Program-made: the position numbers and the translations under genes | NCBI GenBank assembly: GCA_938023905.1 | Contig: CALJCO010000011.1 | Coordinates: 23,544-87,543, forward strand | DNA: 64,000 nucleotides | Source of the DNA: an uncultured Collinsella sp. | Lineage (GTDB): Bacteria; Actinomycetota; Coriobacteriia; Coriobacteriales; Coriobacteriaceae | Reading direction: 5' to 3' | Shown: one piece after another, positions 28,149 through 37,526 of the stretch | Layout of the letters: the number at the start of each line of letters is the position of its first letter | Numbering within the stretch: position 1 is the stretch's first letter | Notes under the pieces: model-generated | Told to the model about the DNA's origin: nothing | The model's database searches: none | Seen by the model: the letters and a program-made list of their open reading frames with translations, nothing else

Positions 28149-28299
28149 TGCGGGCCTCCTTTCGCATCCCGGTTCCGTGGTTGGCTTAATTACCTACCGC
28201 CTTTGTGTGTTTTTAATAGTACGGGCATTGCTTCGCTCGGTCAATCACTTAAAAGCGCTAACCTGTTATCGGTTTTTTAGATAACAATCGAAAGGACGG

Positions 28300-29208
28300 A
28301 TGCCGATGACCCTCCAGCAGCTTCGCTTTTTGATCGCCGTGGCAGAGTCCGGTTCGATCAACGCCGCAGCTCAGCGCCTCTATACCGCACAGTCCAATAT
28401 CTCCAACGCCGTCAAAAGCCTGGAACAGGAACTCCATATCGAAATCTTTACGCGCTCTAGCCGCGGTGTTGCACTCACCAACGACGGCACCGAGCTTTTG
28501 GGTTATGCACGCCAGGTCGTAGAGCAGGCCGACATGCTCGAGGCCCGCTACGAGGACGGCGGTACACCTCGGGCCCGCCTTGCCATCTCGGCCCAACACT
28601 ACGCGTTTTCGGTCGAGGCCTTTGTCAACGTAGTCGAGCGCTGCCGCGACAGCAAGTTCGAGTTCATCATGCGCGAGACCACCACATCGCAGATCATTGA
28701 TGACGTCCGTGCGTTTCGCAGCGATATCGGCATCCTCTATCTGGACGACTTTAACGCCCGCGTTCTGCAGAAGGCTTTTGCCGATGCCCGCGCAAGCTTC
28801 CACCCCCTATTCGACGCGACGGTCCACGTCTTCATTAGCGAGCGCCACCCGCTCGCCCGCCGCCCTCAGCTGTCCCTTGCCGACCTCACGCCCTATACGC
28901 GCTACAGCTTTGAGCAGGGAACCTCAAACTCCTTCTATTACGCCGAGGAACCTTTTAGCTATATCCCTTGCGACCGCAACATACGAGTCTCGGACCGCGG
29001 AACACTTACTAACTTACTTATCACGTCGAACGGTTACACCCTGTCGACCGGCGTCCTCTCCAATGAAATGCAATGGGGTATGGCATCGATCCCGTTAGCA
29101 GACGCCCCAACGATGCACGTAGGCTATATCATGCACGACGAGCGCAAGCCCTCTCCCCTCTTGCAGCAATACCTCGATGAGCTCAACCGCATCATCCATG
29201 CCAACTAA
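28300..29208 (+). CDS. LysR-family transcriptional regulator, divergent from metY
   Basis: N-terminal HTH (LRFLIAVAESGSINAAAQRLYTAQSNISNAVKSLEQEL), 302 aa. Confidence 0.85.
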   Translation: MPMTLQQLRFLIAVAESGSINAAAQRLYTAQSNISNAVKSLEQELHIEIFTRSSRGVALTNDGTELLGYARQVVEQADMLEARYEDGGTPRARLAISAQHYAFSVEAFVNVVERCRDSKFEFIMRETTTSQIIDDVRAFRSDIGILYLDDFNARVLQKAFADARASFHPLFDATVHVFISERHPLARRPQLSLADLTPYTRYSFEQGTSNSFYYAEEPFSYIPCDRNIRVSDRGTLTNLLITSNGYTLSTGVLSNEMQWGMASIPLADAPTMHVGYIMHDERKPSPLLQQYLDELNRIIHAN

Positions 29209-29307
29209 CTGTCGGAAGACGGGGTAGAAATCATAGATTGCTAGCCCCCGGCGGGCATGGCGCTACAATGGTCACTCGCACGAAACATACCCAACGAAAG
29301 GAACCAT

Positions 29308-29793
29308 GTGAAGGTCATCATCTATACCGACGGCTCGGCCCGATCAAATCCGGGACGCGGCGGCTACGGCGCCGTGCTCAAATACACCAACCCCGCCGGC
29401 AAGACCTTCACCTCCGAGCTTTCGCGCGGTTACGCCAAGACCACCAACAACCGCATGGAGCTCATGGCCGTTATCGTGGCGCTCGAGGCACTCAACCGCC
29501 CCTGCGAGGTCGAAGTCCATTCCGATTCGCAGTACGTCGTCAACGCCTTCAACAAGCACTGGATTGACGGATGGAAAAAACGCGGATGGAAAACCGCCAA
29601 CAAGCAGCCCGTCAAGAACCGCGACCTGTGGGAGCGCCTGCTCGCCGCCAAGAGCAAGCACAAGGTTGAGTTCATCTGGGTTAAGGGTCACGCCGGTCAC
29701 GAGCTCAACGAGCGCTGCGATGAGCTCGCCACCACGGCGGCCGACGGCAGCAACCTCGATATCGACACCGGCTTTAACGAGAGCGACCTGTAA
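29308..29793 (+). CDS. rnhA: ribonuclease HI
   Basis: ORF 29257..29793. GTG at 29308 ([23 protein letters not shown]...) after a GAAAGGA RBS. DEDD catalytic residues are in conserved context. Confidence 0.85.
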   Translation: MKVIIYTDGSARSNPGRGGYGAVLKYTNPAGKTFTSELSRGYAKTTNNRMELMAVIVALEALNRPCEVEVHSDSQYVVNAFNKHWIDGWKKRGWKTANKQPVKNRDLWERLLAAKSKHKVEFIWVKGHAGHELNERCDELATTAADGSNLDIDTGFNESDL

Positions 29794-29866
29794 TAGCGTT
29801 TTCGCGCAGCTTTATATCCCCACGCGCTACACTCATCCTGTAGACCAAACAACGCAAGGGGGACGT

Positions 29867-30973
29867 ATGCTGCGCATCGCGACCATCGGCACATCCATGA
29901 TTACCGACGACTTTATCCAGGTCGTCAACGCCAACGACCAAGCCGCGTTTGTGGGCACGCTCTCGCGCAATGCAGATCGCGGTGCTGCCTTTACCGCCGA
30001 GCGCGGCGGCGAGCGTAACTTCACCGCACTTGACGAGCTTGCGTCCGCCGACGACGTCGACGCCGTCTACATCGGCAGCCCCAATGCGCTCCACTACGAG
30101 CAGGCGCTCGCCTGTATCGCCGGCGGCAAGCACGTCATCGTCGAGAAGCCCTTCTGCGCAACCGAAGCGCAGGCGCTGGAAGTCTTCCGCGCTGCCGAGG
30201 CAGCAGGTGTCGTAGCCCTCGAGGCCATGCGCCCCCTCCACGATCCCGCCTTCCACGCCATCGAGGACGCCCTGGGCGAGATCGTCCCCATCCGCCGCGC
30301 CTCATTGCGCTTTGGCAAATATTCCTCGCGCTACAACGAGATTCTCGCGGGACGCGCCACCAATATCTTCGACTGCAATATGGCATCGGGTTCCCTCATG
30401 GACATTGGTGTCTACACCGTCGAGCCCATGGTCGAGATTTTCGGCATGCCCTCCGGCCTTACGAGCATGGCTACTCTGCTCGACCCCACCACGCAAGAGC
30501 TCACCCATGGCCCCATCGATGGCTGCGGTTCCATCCTCGCCAGCTACGGCGGTGGCCGTATCTCCGTCGAGCTCGCGCACTCCAAAATTACGAATGACCT
30601 ACTGCCCTCGCAGATCGAAGGCGAGCGTGGCACTATCCAGATCGACCATCTGTCCACGCCCCGCAACGTCCGCATCGACTATCGCGGCGACGTCGTACGC
30701 GGCTCGGCGACCGAGGCGCCGCGCGAACAGAGCGACAACGGCCGCGTGCTCGACCTGCCCAAATCGAGCAACACCATGGAATACGAACTCGCAGACTTTA
30801 TCACCGCCATCGGCGGCATCGATAACGTCAAGGAAGAGATTTGGGAGACCCCGGCGGGACGTCACGAGCTTGGCCACTACCGCGATGTCACGCTCGTCTC
30901 ACTGCGCATCATGGATGCCGTGCGTCAGCAGGCGGGTATCGCCTTCCCCGCTGACTCTAACAAGCAGGCATAG
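29867..30973 (+). CDS. Gfo/Idh/MocA-family oxidoreductase
   Basis: Within ORF 29564..30973. ATG at 29867 (MLRIATIGTSMITDDF...) after an AAGGGGGA RBS. About 368 aa. Confidence 0.8.
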   Translation: MLRIATIGTSMITDDFIQVVNANDQAAFVGTLSRNADRGAAFTAERGGERNFTALDELASADDVDAVYIGSPNALHYEQALACIAGGKHVIVEKPFCATEAQALEVFRAAEAAGVVALEAMRPLHDPAFHAIEDALGEIVPIRRASLRFGKYSSRYNEILAGRATNIFDCNMASGSLMDIGVYTVEPMVEIFGMPSGLTSMATLLDPTTQELTHGPIDGCGSILASYGGGRISVELAHSKITNDLLPSQIEGERGTIQIDHLSTPRNVRIDYRGDVVRGSATEAPREQSDNGRVLDLPKSSNTMEYELADFITAIGGIDNVKEEIWETPAGRHELGHYRDVTLVSLRIMDAVRQQAGIAFPADSNKQA

Positions 30974-30975
30974 CG

Positions 30976-31386
30976 ATGGGTTTTTTCGACAAGCTTTTCT
31001 CGGGCGTCACCGGCGGCAGCCGCGAACCCCAAAAGCCCTCTGGCGTCGAGCTTGAGCTGCGCCGTAGGCTCACCGTGCTCGCAAGCGACGAGGCCACTCA
31101 AGACGCCCCGCAGCGCTATTTCCTGCGGTGGGAGGGACAGGTCCAGGGCGTCGGTTTCCGCTTCACCAACACCAACCTCGCGCAGGCACGCGCACTCACC
31201 GGCTGGGTGCGTAACATGGAAGACGGCTCAGTCGAGATGGAGATACAGGGAGCTCCGGCAAGCATCCTATCTCATCTCGAGGCGCTTCATGCCTCCTACG
31301 AGCGCATGGGAACGCGTTTTCGCCTCGTAGACGCCCAGGTCCGAACCCCACTTGCCAATGAAGACGGTTTCAGTCCTCATTATTAG
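30976..31386 (+). CDS. acylphosphatase with ~40-aa N-terminal extension
   Basis: VQGVGFRFTNTNLAQARALTGWVRNMEDGSVEMEIQG acylphosphatase signature. The ATG is 2 nt after the upstream stop codon. Confidence 0.75.
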   Translation: MGFFDKLFSGVTGGSREPQKPSGVELELRRRLTVLASDEATQDAPQRYFLRWEGQVQGVGFRFTNTNLAQARALTGWVRNMEDGSVEMEIQGAPASILSHLEALHASYERMGTRFRLVDAQVRTPLANEDGFSPHY

Positions 31387-31447
31387 TATTGTGTGCTAAA
31401 TACGGTATCATTTACCTACGACCGTTAATAGAAAAGAGGCGAGGCGC

Positions 31448-31828
31448 ATGGCGGTGCAAAGAAGGAATACCAGGCAGCGAAAGCTGGTTCTTGACGCCGT
31501 GCGCCAAAGCTATAACCATCCCACCGCCGACGAAATCTACAACGTCGTGCGGACGCAGGATGACAAAATCAGCCGCGGTACGGTCTACCGCAATCTCAAT
31601 CTCTTGGCCGACGCCGGCGAGATCCTCTCCATCAAGACGCCGGGCGGCAGCCGCTTCGATCGCACCATCGAGCCGCATGCGCATATCATCTGCACCTCGT
31701 GCAGCCGCGTCATCGACGTACCGCTCCCCTTCGATGCCCAGCTCGACGCCAAGGCGTCCGAGCAAATCGGCTGGCACGTCACGTCGCACTACACCATCTT
31801 CGAGGGTCTCTGCCCCGACTGCCGGTAG
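31448..31828 (+). CDS. Fur-family metalloregulator (Fur/Zur/PerR type)
   Basis: 126 aa. DNA-binding helix ...ISRGTVYRNLNLL... and CxxC...CxxC structural zinc site. Confidence 0.85.
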   Translation: MAVQRRNTRQRKLVLDAVRQSYNHPTADEIYNVVRTQDDKISRGTVYRNLNLLADAGEILSIKTPGGSRFDRTIEPHAHIICTSCSRVIDVPLPFDAQLDAKASEQIGWHVTSHYTIFEGLCPDCR

Positions 31829-31905
31829 ATGTTTGGGACATGCCTTAAAATCCACCTTTCCGCACTTTGCAGCAAAAAGTAGATTTCTAGACACGTCCCA
31901 GATAT

Positions 31906-32703
31906 CTACTCGGCGAGCAGACGACGTAGCTCTTCTTCGACCGTGCGCACGTAGCGGACGCGGTCGTTGATGCCGCGCATGGTGGGGTTGCAGCTCTCCA
32001 TCAGATAGGGATGGCCCACGGCGTTGAGCATGTCGCGATCGTTCTCATTGTCGCCAAACGCCATCATCTCATCGGGCGAAATCCCCAGGGCACGACCGTA
32101 ATCGGCAAGCGCGGAGCCCTTGCCCGAACCGAAACCGATAAAGTCCGTCCATTCGGTTCCCGACGTCATCACATCGACACGGTCGCTAAAGAGGCGCTCG
32201 AAATACTCCAGGGCCGCCGGCTGCTCCACCTCGGGCGTCTGGAAGGCAATCTTAATGACGTCCTCGTCGATGTCCTCGGGACGATCGACCACCGCCACAT
32301 CGCAGTGGACCTCATAGCGCAAATGGTCGACGAACGCATCGTTGCCGCTCATGGTGTAGAGGTGCCCCTCACACGAAAGGGTCACGTCGGCATGGGGATA
32401 CGCAACCACGGCATTCGCGATATCCATAGCAAGGCTACGCTCCATGGAACGCTTGACAACGGCACGCCCCTCGCTCATCACCAGGGCTCCGTTTTCGCAT
32501 ACATAGGCGAGCTCATCGGCCACCGGGGCAAACAGGTAGCGCAAGCTCGCATATTGACGGCCGCTCGCCGGCATAAACACGATACCGCGACGATGCAGCT
32601 CATCGATAAGCTCAAAGGCCTCGGAACGCGGCTCGCGCTCCCCCGGATGCAGCAACGTGCCGTCCAAATCGCATGCAATCAGCTTGATTCCCTCAAGACC
32701 CAT
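31906..32703 (-). CDS. Cof-type HAD-IIB hydrolase
   Basis: ORF 31906..32763. ATG at 32703 (MGLEGIKLIACDLDGTLL...). Confidence 0.8.
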   Translation of the reverse strand: MGLEGIKLIACDLDGTLLHPGEREPRSEAFELIDELHRRGIVFMPASGRQYASLRYLFAPVADELAYVCENGALVMSEGRAVVKRSMERSLAMDIANAVVAYPHADVTLSCEGHLYTMSGNDAFVDHLRYEVHCDVAVVDRPEDIDEDVIKIAFQTPEVEQPAALEYFERLFSDRVDVMTSGTEWTDFIGFGSGKGSALADYGRALGISPDEMMAFGDNENDRDMLNAVGHPYLMESCNPTMRGINDRVRYVRTVEEELRRLLAE

Positions 32704-32786
32704 ATGCTTTCCCCCAAAGCACCTCATCAACAGTAAGACGGACTTTGAATAGTTGCCTCTCAAAGTCCGTCTTACTCATACGCACG

Positions 32787-33365
32787 TTAACCGCGCGCCT
32801 TCTTTACGATCGTAAAGTCGGGAGCCATACTCACGACGACATCCGCCGCGCTCGATGCAAAGCGTCGGCTGGCATCGAGCGCGCGTGTGACCACCGAGAG
32901 CCGAACACCCTCGACACCCCGGAGTATGCGGCCCAAAACAGGCTGCACCGGCGTATACATGCGCACGGTATGCTCGTCCGAGTCGCCTCGGAAGAGCGGC
33001 GCATGCATGTTGCCAATCTCCCAGCACGCATGCGCGAGTGCAATCGGATCCATGCGGTCGACTTCGACCAAATAAACCTCGGCGCTGCGCAGGCGCACGA
33101 CAACCGCCACGGGCACCACGCCCGAACGGTCAATGGCGAGCACGTCGCCATCGGCAAGACGACCGCCGTCGGCAGTATCCAGCCGAACACCGATCGTGCG
33201 CCCCAGCTCCGTTACGCCCGCAAATGTGCGGGCATCGGCCTGGTCCCAATCGAGCAATAGCTCGTCAACTTCAAAGACGCCGCCCAACTTCCGGCGAAGC
33301 AGGAGTTCATAGGACGGATCGTTGAGATTTCCCAAGCATGTCGTCGAAACCAAGCGTTCAGGCAT
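32787..33365 (-). CDS. UreE-like nickel metallochaperone-family protein (no urease genes in window)
   Basis: 192 aa. The region ...MDPIALAHACWEIGNMHAPLF...VLGRILRGVEGV aligns with the UreE core (..MLAKACYHLGNRHVPLQ...VLDDMLRQFGLTV). ATG overlaps the slyD stop (GAGGGC-TAG-AGT-ATG). Confidence 0.5.
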   Translation of the reverse strand: MPERLVSTTCLGNLNDPSYELLLRRKLGGVFEVDELLLDWDQADARTFAGVTELGRTIGVRLDTADGGRLADGDVLAIDRSGVVPVAVVVRLRSAEVYLVEVDRMDPIALAHACWEIGNMHAPLFRGDSDEHTVRMYTPVQPVLGRILRGVEGVRLSVVTRALDASRRFASSAADVVVSMAPDFTIVKKARG

Positions 33366-33368
33366 ACT

Positions 33369-33797
33369 CTAGCCCTCGACCTCGACGAGCTCGATATCAA
33401 AGTTGAGGTCCTTGCCGGCCAACTCGTGGTTGGCGTCGAGCGTCACGGCCTCGGGCGTCACGTCGATGACAACGGCGGGGACGGGCATGCCGCTCGGCGT
33501 GGACAGGAAAAGCTTCATGCCCTTCTCGATCTGCTCGATGTTGGGAACCTGTTCGGCCGGGAAGGTCAGGACCATCTCGGGATTGTGCTCGCCGTAGGCA
33601 TCGGCAGCAGGAATGTGCACGGTCTTCTTCTCGCCCACCTGCATGTCGACAACAGCGGCGTCGAAGCCCTTGATCATCTGACCGGCGCCGCAGGTGAACT
33701 CCAGCGGCTCGCCGCGATCGTAGGAGCTATCGAACTGCGTGCCGTCGTCGAGCGTGCCGCGATAATGGGTCTTGACCTTCTTGCCCTGGTTGGACAT
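33369..33797 (-). CDS. slyD: FKBP-type peptidyl-prolyl cis-trans isomerase, SlyD-like
   Basis: ORF 33369..33827. ATG at 33797 (MSNQGKKVKTHYRGTLDDGTQFDSSYDRGEPLEFTCGAGQMIKGFD...) with GGAGG RBS. Insert-in-flap domain present. Confidence 0.8.
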   Translation of the reverse strand: MSNQGKKVKTHYRGTLDDGTQFDSSYDRGEPLEFTCGAGQMIKGFDAAVVDMQVGEKKTVHIPAADAYGEHNPEMVLTFPAEQVPNIEQIEKGMKLFLSTPSGMPVPAVVIDVTPEAVTLDANHELAGKDLNFDIELVEVEG

Positions 33798-33917
33798 GGT
33801 AACCTCCGTAATAAGGGCGGCGCACAACGCGGGCCGCCATGAACATATGGCGCTAACTATACCCTAGTCATACAATTCAATGACAGTTTGCAAAGAAACG
33901 CTGCATCCGGAGGAACC

Positions 33918-34931
33918 ATGGCATATCCCGTATTTGACCTACATTGCGACACCGCCGACCGCATCGGCTGGGCCACGCTAGATCTCGACCTGCGCTTTAC
34001 CGCCGGCACCGACGGTTATTTCCCCGGCGACGAAACGCATCCGCAAGATTTCGACCTCATCGAGGGCAACGCCTGCGCCATCTCGCTCGCAAAGATCGGC
34101 AACACGCCGTGGGCACAGTGCTTCGCCACGTTTGTCCCCGACGAGATTCCCACCGCCCACGCCGCGCGCTTCCAGGCGCAAATCATGGCGCATATGAGCG
34201 GCCAGGCAATGCTCAACCACGACCGCATGGTCAACGTACGCAGCGCCGCAGACATTCGCCCCGCGCTCAAGGACGGTAAGGTCGCTTGCATCCACACCAT
34301 CGAAAACGCCACGTTCTTTGCCGAGGACCCCGCGCTGATCGAGGTGCTCAAGAGCTTGGGCGTGCTTATATCGTCACTCAGCTGGAACGCGCAGGGGCCG
34401 CTCGCGAGCGGGCACGATACCCACGCCGGCCTCACCGCCGCCGGCATCGAGGCGCTTACGCAGATGGAGCACGCCGGCATGGTACTCGACGTCTCCCACC
34501 TCAACGATGAGTGCTTCGACGAGGTTGTCGCCCACGCCACGCGCCCCTTCGTCGCCAGTCACTCCAACTCCCGCGCGGTTTGCGGCGTCAAGCGCAACCT
34601 CACCGACGACCAATTCCGCACCATTCGCGACATGGGCGGCATCGTCGGCCTCAACTACTGCAGCGAGTTCCTATCCAACGAAGCAACTGACGAGACCGCC
34701 GCAGATGTCACCTTCGACCAGCTGGCAGCCCATATCGAACACTGGCTCGACCTGGGCGGCGAGGACGTCATCGCGCTCGGCGGCGACTGGGACGGCGCCA
34801 CGGTGCCCGCTTTCCTCTCCGATGCCAGCAAGATGCCCGAGTTCCAGAACATGCTCTCCAAGCATTTTGGCAAGACCGTGATGCAAAAGCTCTGCAGCGA
34901 CAACGCGCTTGCCTTCTTTGAGCGTTATTAA
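33918..34931 (+). CDS. membrane (renal-type) dipeptidase, peptidase family M19
   Basis: ORF 33888..34931. ATG at 33918 (MAYPVFDLHCDTADRIGW...) after GGAGG. Confidence 0.8.
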   Translation: MAYPVFDLHCDTADRIGWATLDLDLRFTAGTDGYFPGDETHPQDFDLIEGNACAISLAKIGNTPWAQCFATFVPDEIPTAHAARFQAQIMAHMSGQAMLNHDRMVNVRSAADIRPALKDGKVACIHTIENATFFAEDPALIEVLKSLGVLISSLSWNAQGPLASGHDTHAGLTAAGIEALTQMEHAGMVLDVSHLNDECFDEVVAHATRPFVASHSNSRAVCGVKRNLTDDQFRTIRDMGGIVGLNYCSEFLSNEATDETAADVTFDQLAAHIEHWLDLGGEDVIALGGDWDGATVPAFLSDASKMPEFQNMLSKHFGKTVMQKLCSDNALAFFERY

Positions 34932-35006
34932 TTTCACATCCCTTGAACGGGCCGGCATACCGGACGGGTCGCCATACCGGCCCGCCCCCAATCTGAAGGA
35001 CCACTT

Positions 35007-35783
35007 TTGACGCAGCAGTTTACGATTTCCGTATCCCGACCGGATGGGACGCCCATCCCCGTCGTCGTTACCAAAAAGCGCGTCAAGAACTTCAACCTAC
35101 GCGTCACATCGAGCGGCGAGGTCCACGCCAGCGCACCGCTCGGCGCCAGCCGCGAGCGTATCGAAGCGTTTGTGAAGCGCAACAGCGCCTGGATTATCAG
35201 CCGACTTGCCCAACGCGAGCAACGTCAGGCGACGACGCGAGAGCCGCTCAGTCCCTCGTCCATCATTGCGCTTTGGGGCAAACCCATCACCGTTCAGGAT
35301 GCACTCGACCACAACTTTGAGCCCCCCGCACCGCGGCCCAAACAAGCCACGTTCGCAAGCTTTATGGGTACCGACGAGCCAAATGGGTGCACGCAGGCAA
35401 AGCAGCGCACAGCCCTCGACGGCCTAACGCCCAAAGAACTCCAGACCCACATCGACCAGCTCTATACGTCCGAAGTCACATCGGCGCTGCATGATATGGT
35501 GCACGCGTACGAAATCGCAATGGGCGTCACCGTGGCCCGCGTCTCCGTGCGCAGCATGAAAACGCGCTGGGGATCATGCACGCCCAAGACCGGCGCCATT
35601 CGCATCGCACGCGAACTTGCCGCCTATCCCATCGAATGCCTCGACATGGTTGTCGCCCACGAGCTCGTCCACTTGCTCGAGCCAAGCCACAATCAGCGAT
35701 TCCACGCCCTGCTCGACACGTACTGTCCCAACAATAAAGCTCTGTCGCAGCGGCTCAAGCAGCCACCCCTCAACAAGCTCTAG
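35007..35783 (+). CDS. YgjP-like zinc metallohydrolase (DUF45 / M48-like, HExxH)
   Basis: C-terminal ...MVVAHELVHLLEPSHN... motif. 258 aa. Confidence 0.7.
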   Translation: MTQQFTISVSRPDGTPIPVVVTKKRVKNFNLRVTSSGEVHASAPLGASRERIEAFVKRNSAWIISRLAQREQRQATTREPLSPSSIIALWGKPITVQDALDHNFEPPAPRPKQATFASFMGTDEPNGCTQAKQRTALDGLTPKELQTHIDQLYTSEVTSALHDMVHAYEIAMGVTVARVSVRSMKTRWGSCTPKTGAIRIARELAAYPIECLDMVVAHELVHLLEPSHNQRFHALLDTYCPNNKALSQRLKQPPLNKL

Positions 35784-35789
35784 CGTCGA

Positions 35790-36275
35790 CTAGCGCACGC
35801 GCTCGATCTCGACGCCGCAGCTTGCCAGAGGCAGGCCAACAGGAGCCCACGGCTTATCGAGCTTTATGCGCACACCAAGCAGCGAGGGATAACGGCGCAG
35901 CAGCATCTGGGCTGTCCCCTCGGCTGCCGCCTCGATGAGCTTAAACGTATGCTCGCGCAGATAGCCATCGACATCGTGGCACACCGAGCCGTAGTCAATC
36001 GAGGCATCCAGGTTATCGTGCTCCCCCGCCGCGCGCAGGTCGGCATAGAGCACCAGAGAAACGATGAACTTCTGACCCAGCGCATTCTCCTCGGGATACA
36101 CGCCATGGTTGGCAAAAACCTCAAGGCCGTCAATGACAATGCGATCGGCATGGCGCAGATCGTCATAGCTCACGTGAGGCACCGCCGTTGCGGTGGATAT
36201 TTCGCCCCTTCCACGGCGGGCGAGCTCAGCACCTTCAGTCTTGATTGCATTCTCGGGCAGTTTCTTGTTACTCAA
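35790..36275 (-). CDS. folB: dihydroneopterin aldolase
   Basis: FolB core ...IVIDGLEVFANHGVYPEENALGQKFIVSLVLYADL... The TTG start per the ORF track is preceded by an AAGGAGA RBS. The N-terminal ~40-aa extension is uncertain. Confidence 0.75.
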   Translation of the reverse strand: MSNKKLPENAIKTEGAELARRGRGEISTATAVPHVSYDDLRHADRIVIDGLEVFANHGVYPEENALGQKFIVSLVLYADLRAAGEHDNLDASIDYGSVCHDVDGYLREHTFKLIEAAAEGTAQMLLRRYPSLLGVRIKLDKPWAPVGLPLASCGVEIERVR

Positions 36276-36318
36276 CGCGATCGTCTCCTTCGTTTAGAAC
36301 CCCGACCGCGCAAACTAA

Positions 36319-36900
36319 CTACACGCGAATCGACAGGTTCTTTTTATCATCGCTCCAGTTGCAAGCGTTGCGCGCGGGGCATGCAAAGCAGGCACGCGAC
36401 GCTTTGTCGGCTGCATAGAGCAGACGCTCAAGCGGTTGGCTGTTCACGCGCAGCTTTCGATGGCCCAGAATGGCCGTCTTAATGGCTGCGGCATCGGCCG
36501 GCTCAAACGCCACGTCATCGGGCATGCCGCCGAGAATCGCATCAGCGACGCGTTCGCTTGCAACATCATGGGATATACCCGATTCATACTGTTCATCTTT
36601 GCCGATATCGTGAAGAAGTGCCGTGGCGTAGATGACCTCGCGGTCAAATTCGAGCTGCTCCTCGAGATTCTTGATCCACATAATGCGAGCGACATCGAGC
36701 AGATGGTCAATACCGTGGCGGCAGAAGATGCGCCCCGATTCCAACTGTACGATGTTGCCCAGGTGCCGCCGGAACAGCCCGTTGGCACAAATGTAATCAA
36801 TGCGAGGCATGGCACCAAAGGGGGCCAGGCCCGAAGCCATAAAGCCGCGGCGCGACGTCCCCTCATCGGTCTTCGATGTAAAGTCGTTGACGACTCTCAT
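36319..36900 (-). CDS. HD-domain metal-dependent phosphohydrolase
   Basis: ...ATALLHDIGKDEQYESGISHD... HD motif. 193 aa. Sandwiched between folE and folB. Confidence 0.75.
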   Translation of the reverse strand: MRVVNDFTSKTDEGTSRRGFMASGLAPFGAMPRIDYICANGLFRRHLGNIVQLESGRIFCRHGIDHLLDVARIMWIKNLEEQLEFDREVIYATALLHDIGKDEQYESGISHDVASERVADAILGGMPDDVAFEPADAAAIKTAILGHRKLRVNSQPLERLLYAADKASRACFACPARNACNWSDDKKNLSIRV

Positions 36901-36902
36901 GG

Positions 36903-37460
36903 TTAGCGGCCCAGCATCCTAAAGAAACGCTCCTCGAGCGCGGAATCGGTCTCAAAGACGCCGCGGCGAGCAAGCGTCACGGTCTTGGTGCCGGGCTTTT
37001 GCACGCCACGCATCGTCATACACATATGCTCGGCCTCCATCAACACAATCGCTCCCTGGGGAGCAAGATAATCCATGAGGGCATCGGCAACCTGTGCGCA
37101 CAGTTGCTCCTGCAGCTGAAGACGGCGGGCATAAACCTCAACCGTGCGGGCGAGCTTAGAAAGCCCAGCCACCCGACCGTTAGGGATATAACCAATGGCG
37201 GCCTTGCCATAAAACGGCAGCAGATGATGTTCGCACAGCGAGTAGAACGTAATGTCGCGCTCGATAACCAAATCGTTCGAAGCGACGGCAAAGGTTTTGG
37301 ACAGATGCTCCTCGGCACTCTGGTCCATGCCGCCGGCGATCTCACCATACATACGGGCAACGCGCGCCGGGGTCTCCAGCAGGCCCTCACGAGTTGGGTC
37401 CTCGCCTATGCCCTCAAGCAACAGCTTAATGGCGGCCTCGACTTTTTCCTGATCGACCAT
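36903..37460 (-). CDS. folE: GTP cyclohydrolase I
   Basis: ...[24 protein letters not shown]... FolE signature. 185 aa. Confidence 0.9.
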   Translation of the reverse strand: MVDQEKVEAAIKLLLEGIGEDPTREGLLETPARVARMYGEIAGGMDQSAEEHLSKTFAVASNDLVIERDITFYSLCEHHLLPFYGKAAIGYIPNGRVAGLSKLARTVEVYARRLQLQEQLCAQVADALMDYLAPQGAIVLMEAEHMCMTMRGVQKPGTKTVTLARRGVFETDSALEERFFRMLGR

Positions 37461-37526
37461 CTGGGCCTCACTTTTCCGATTTCACGTTCGCGCTATGGTA
37501 CCACGCCCTTTGGCATCGACCACAAG

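Noticed and set aside
28032-28299. SAM riboswitch (S-box / SAM-IV) in the metY leader
   Set aside because: I looked for the conserved S-box core and SAM-IV pseudoknot motifs in the reverse complement and found no convincing match. The uORF and divergent LysR regulator are the visible regulatory features instead.
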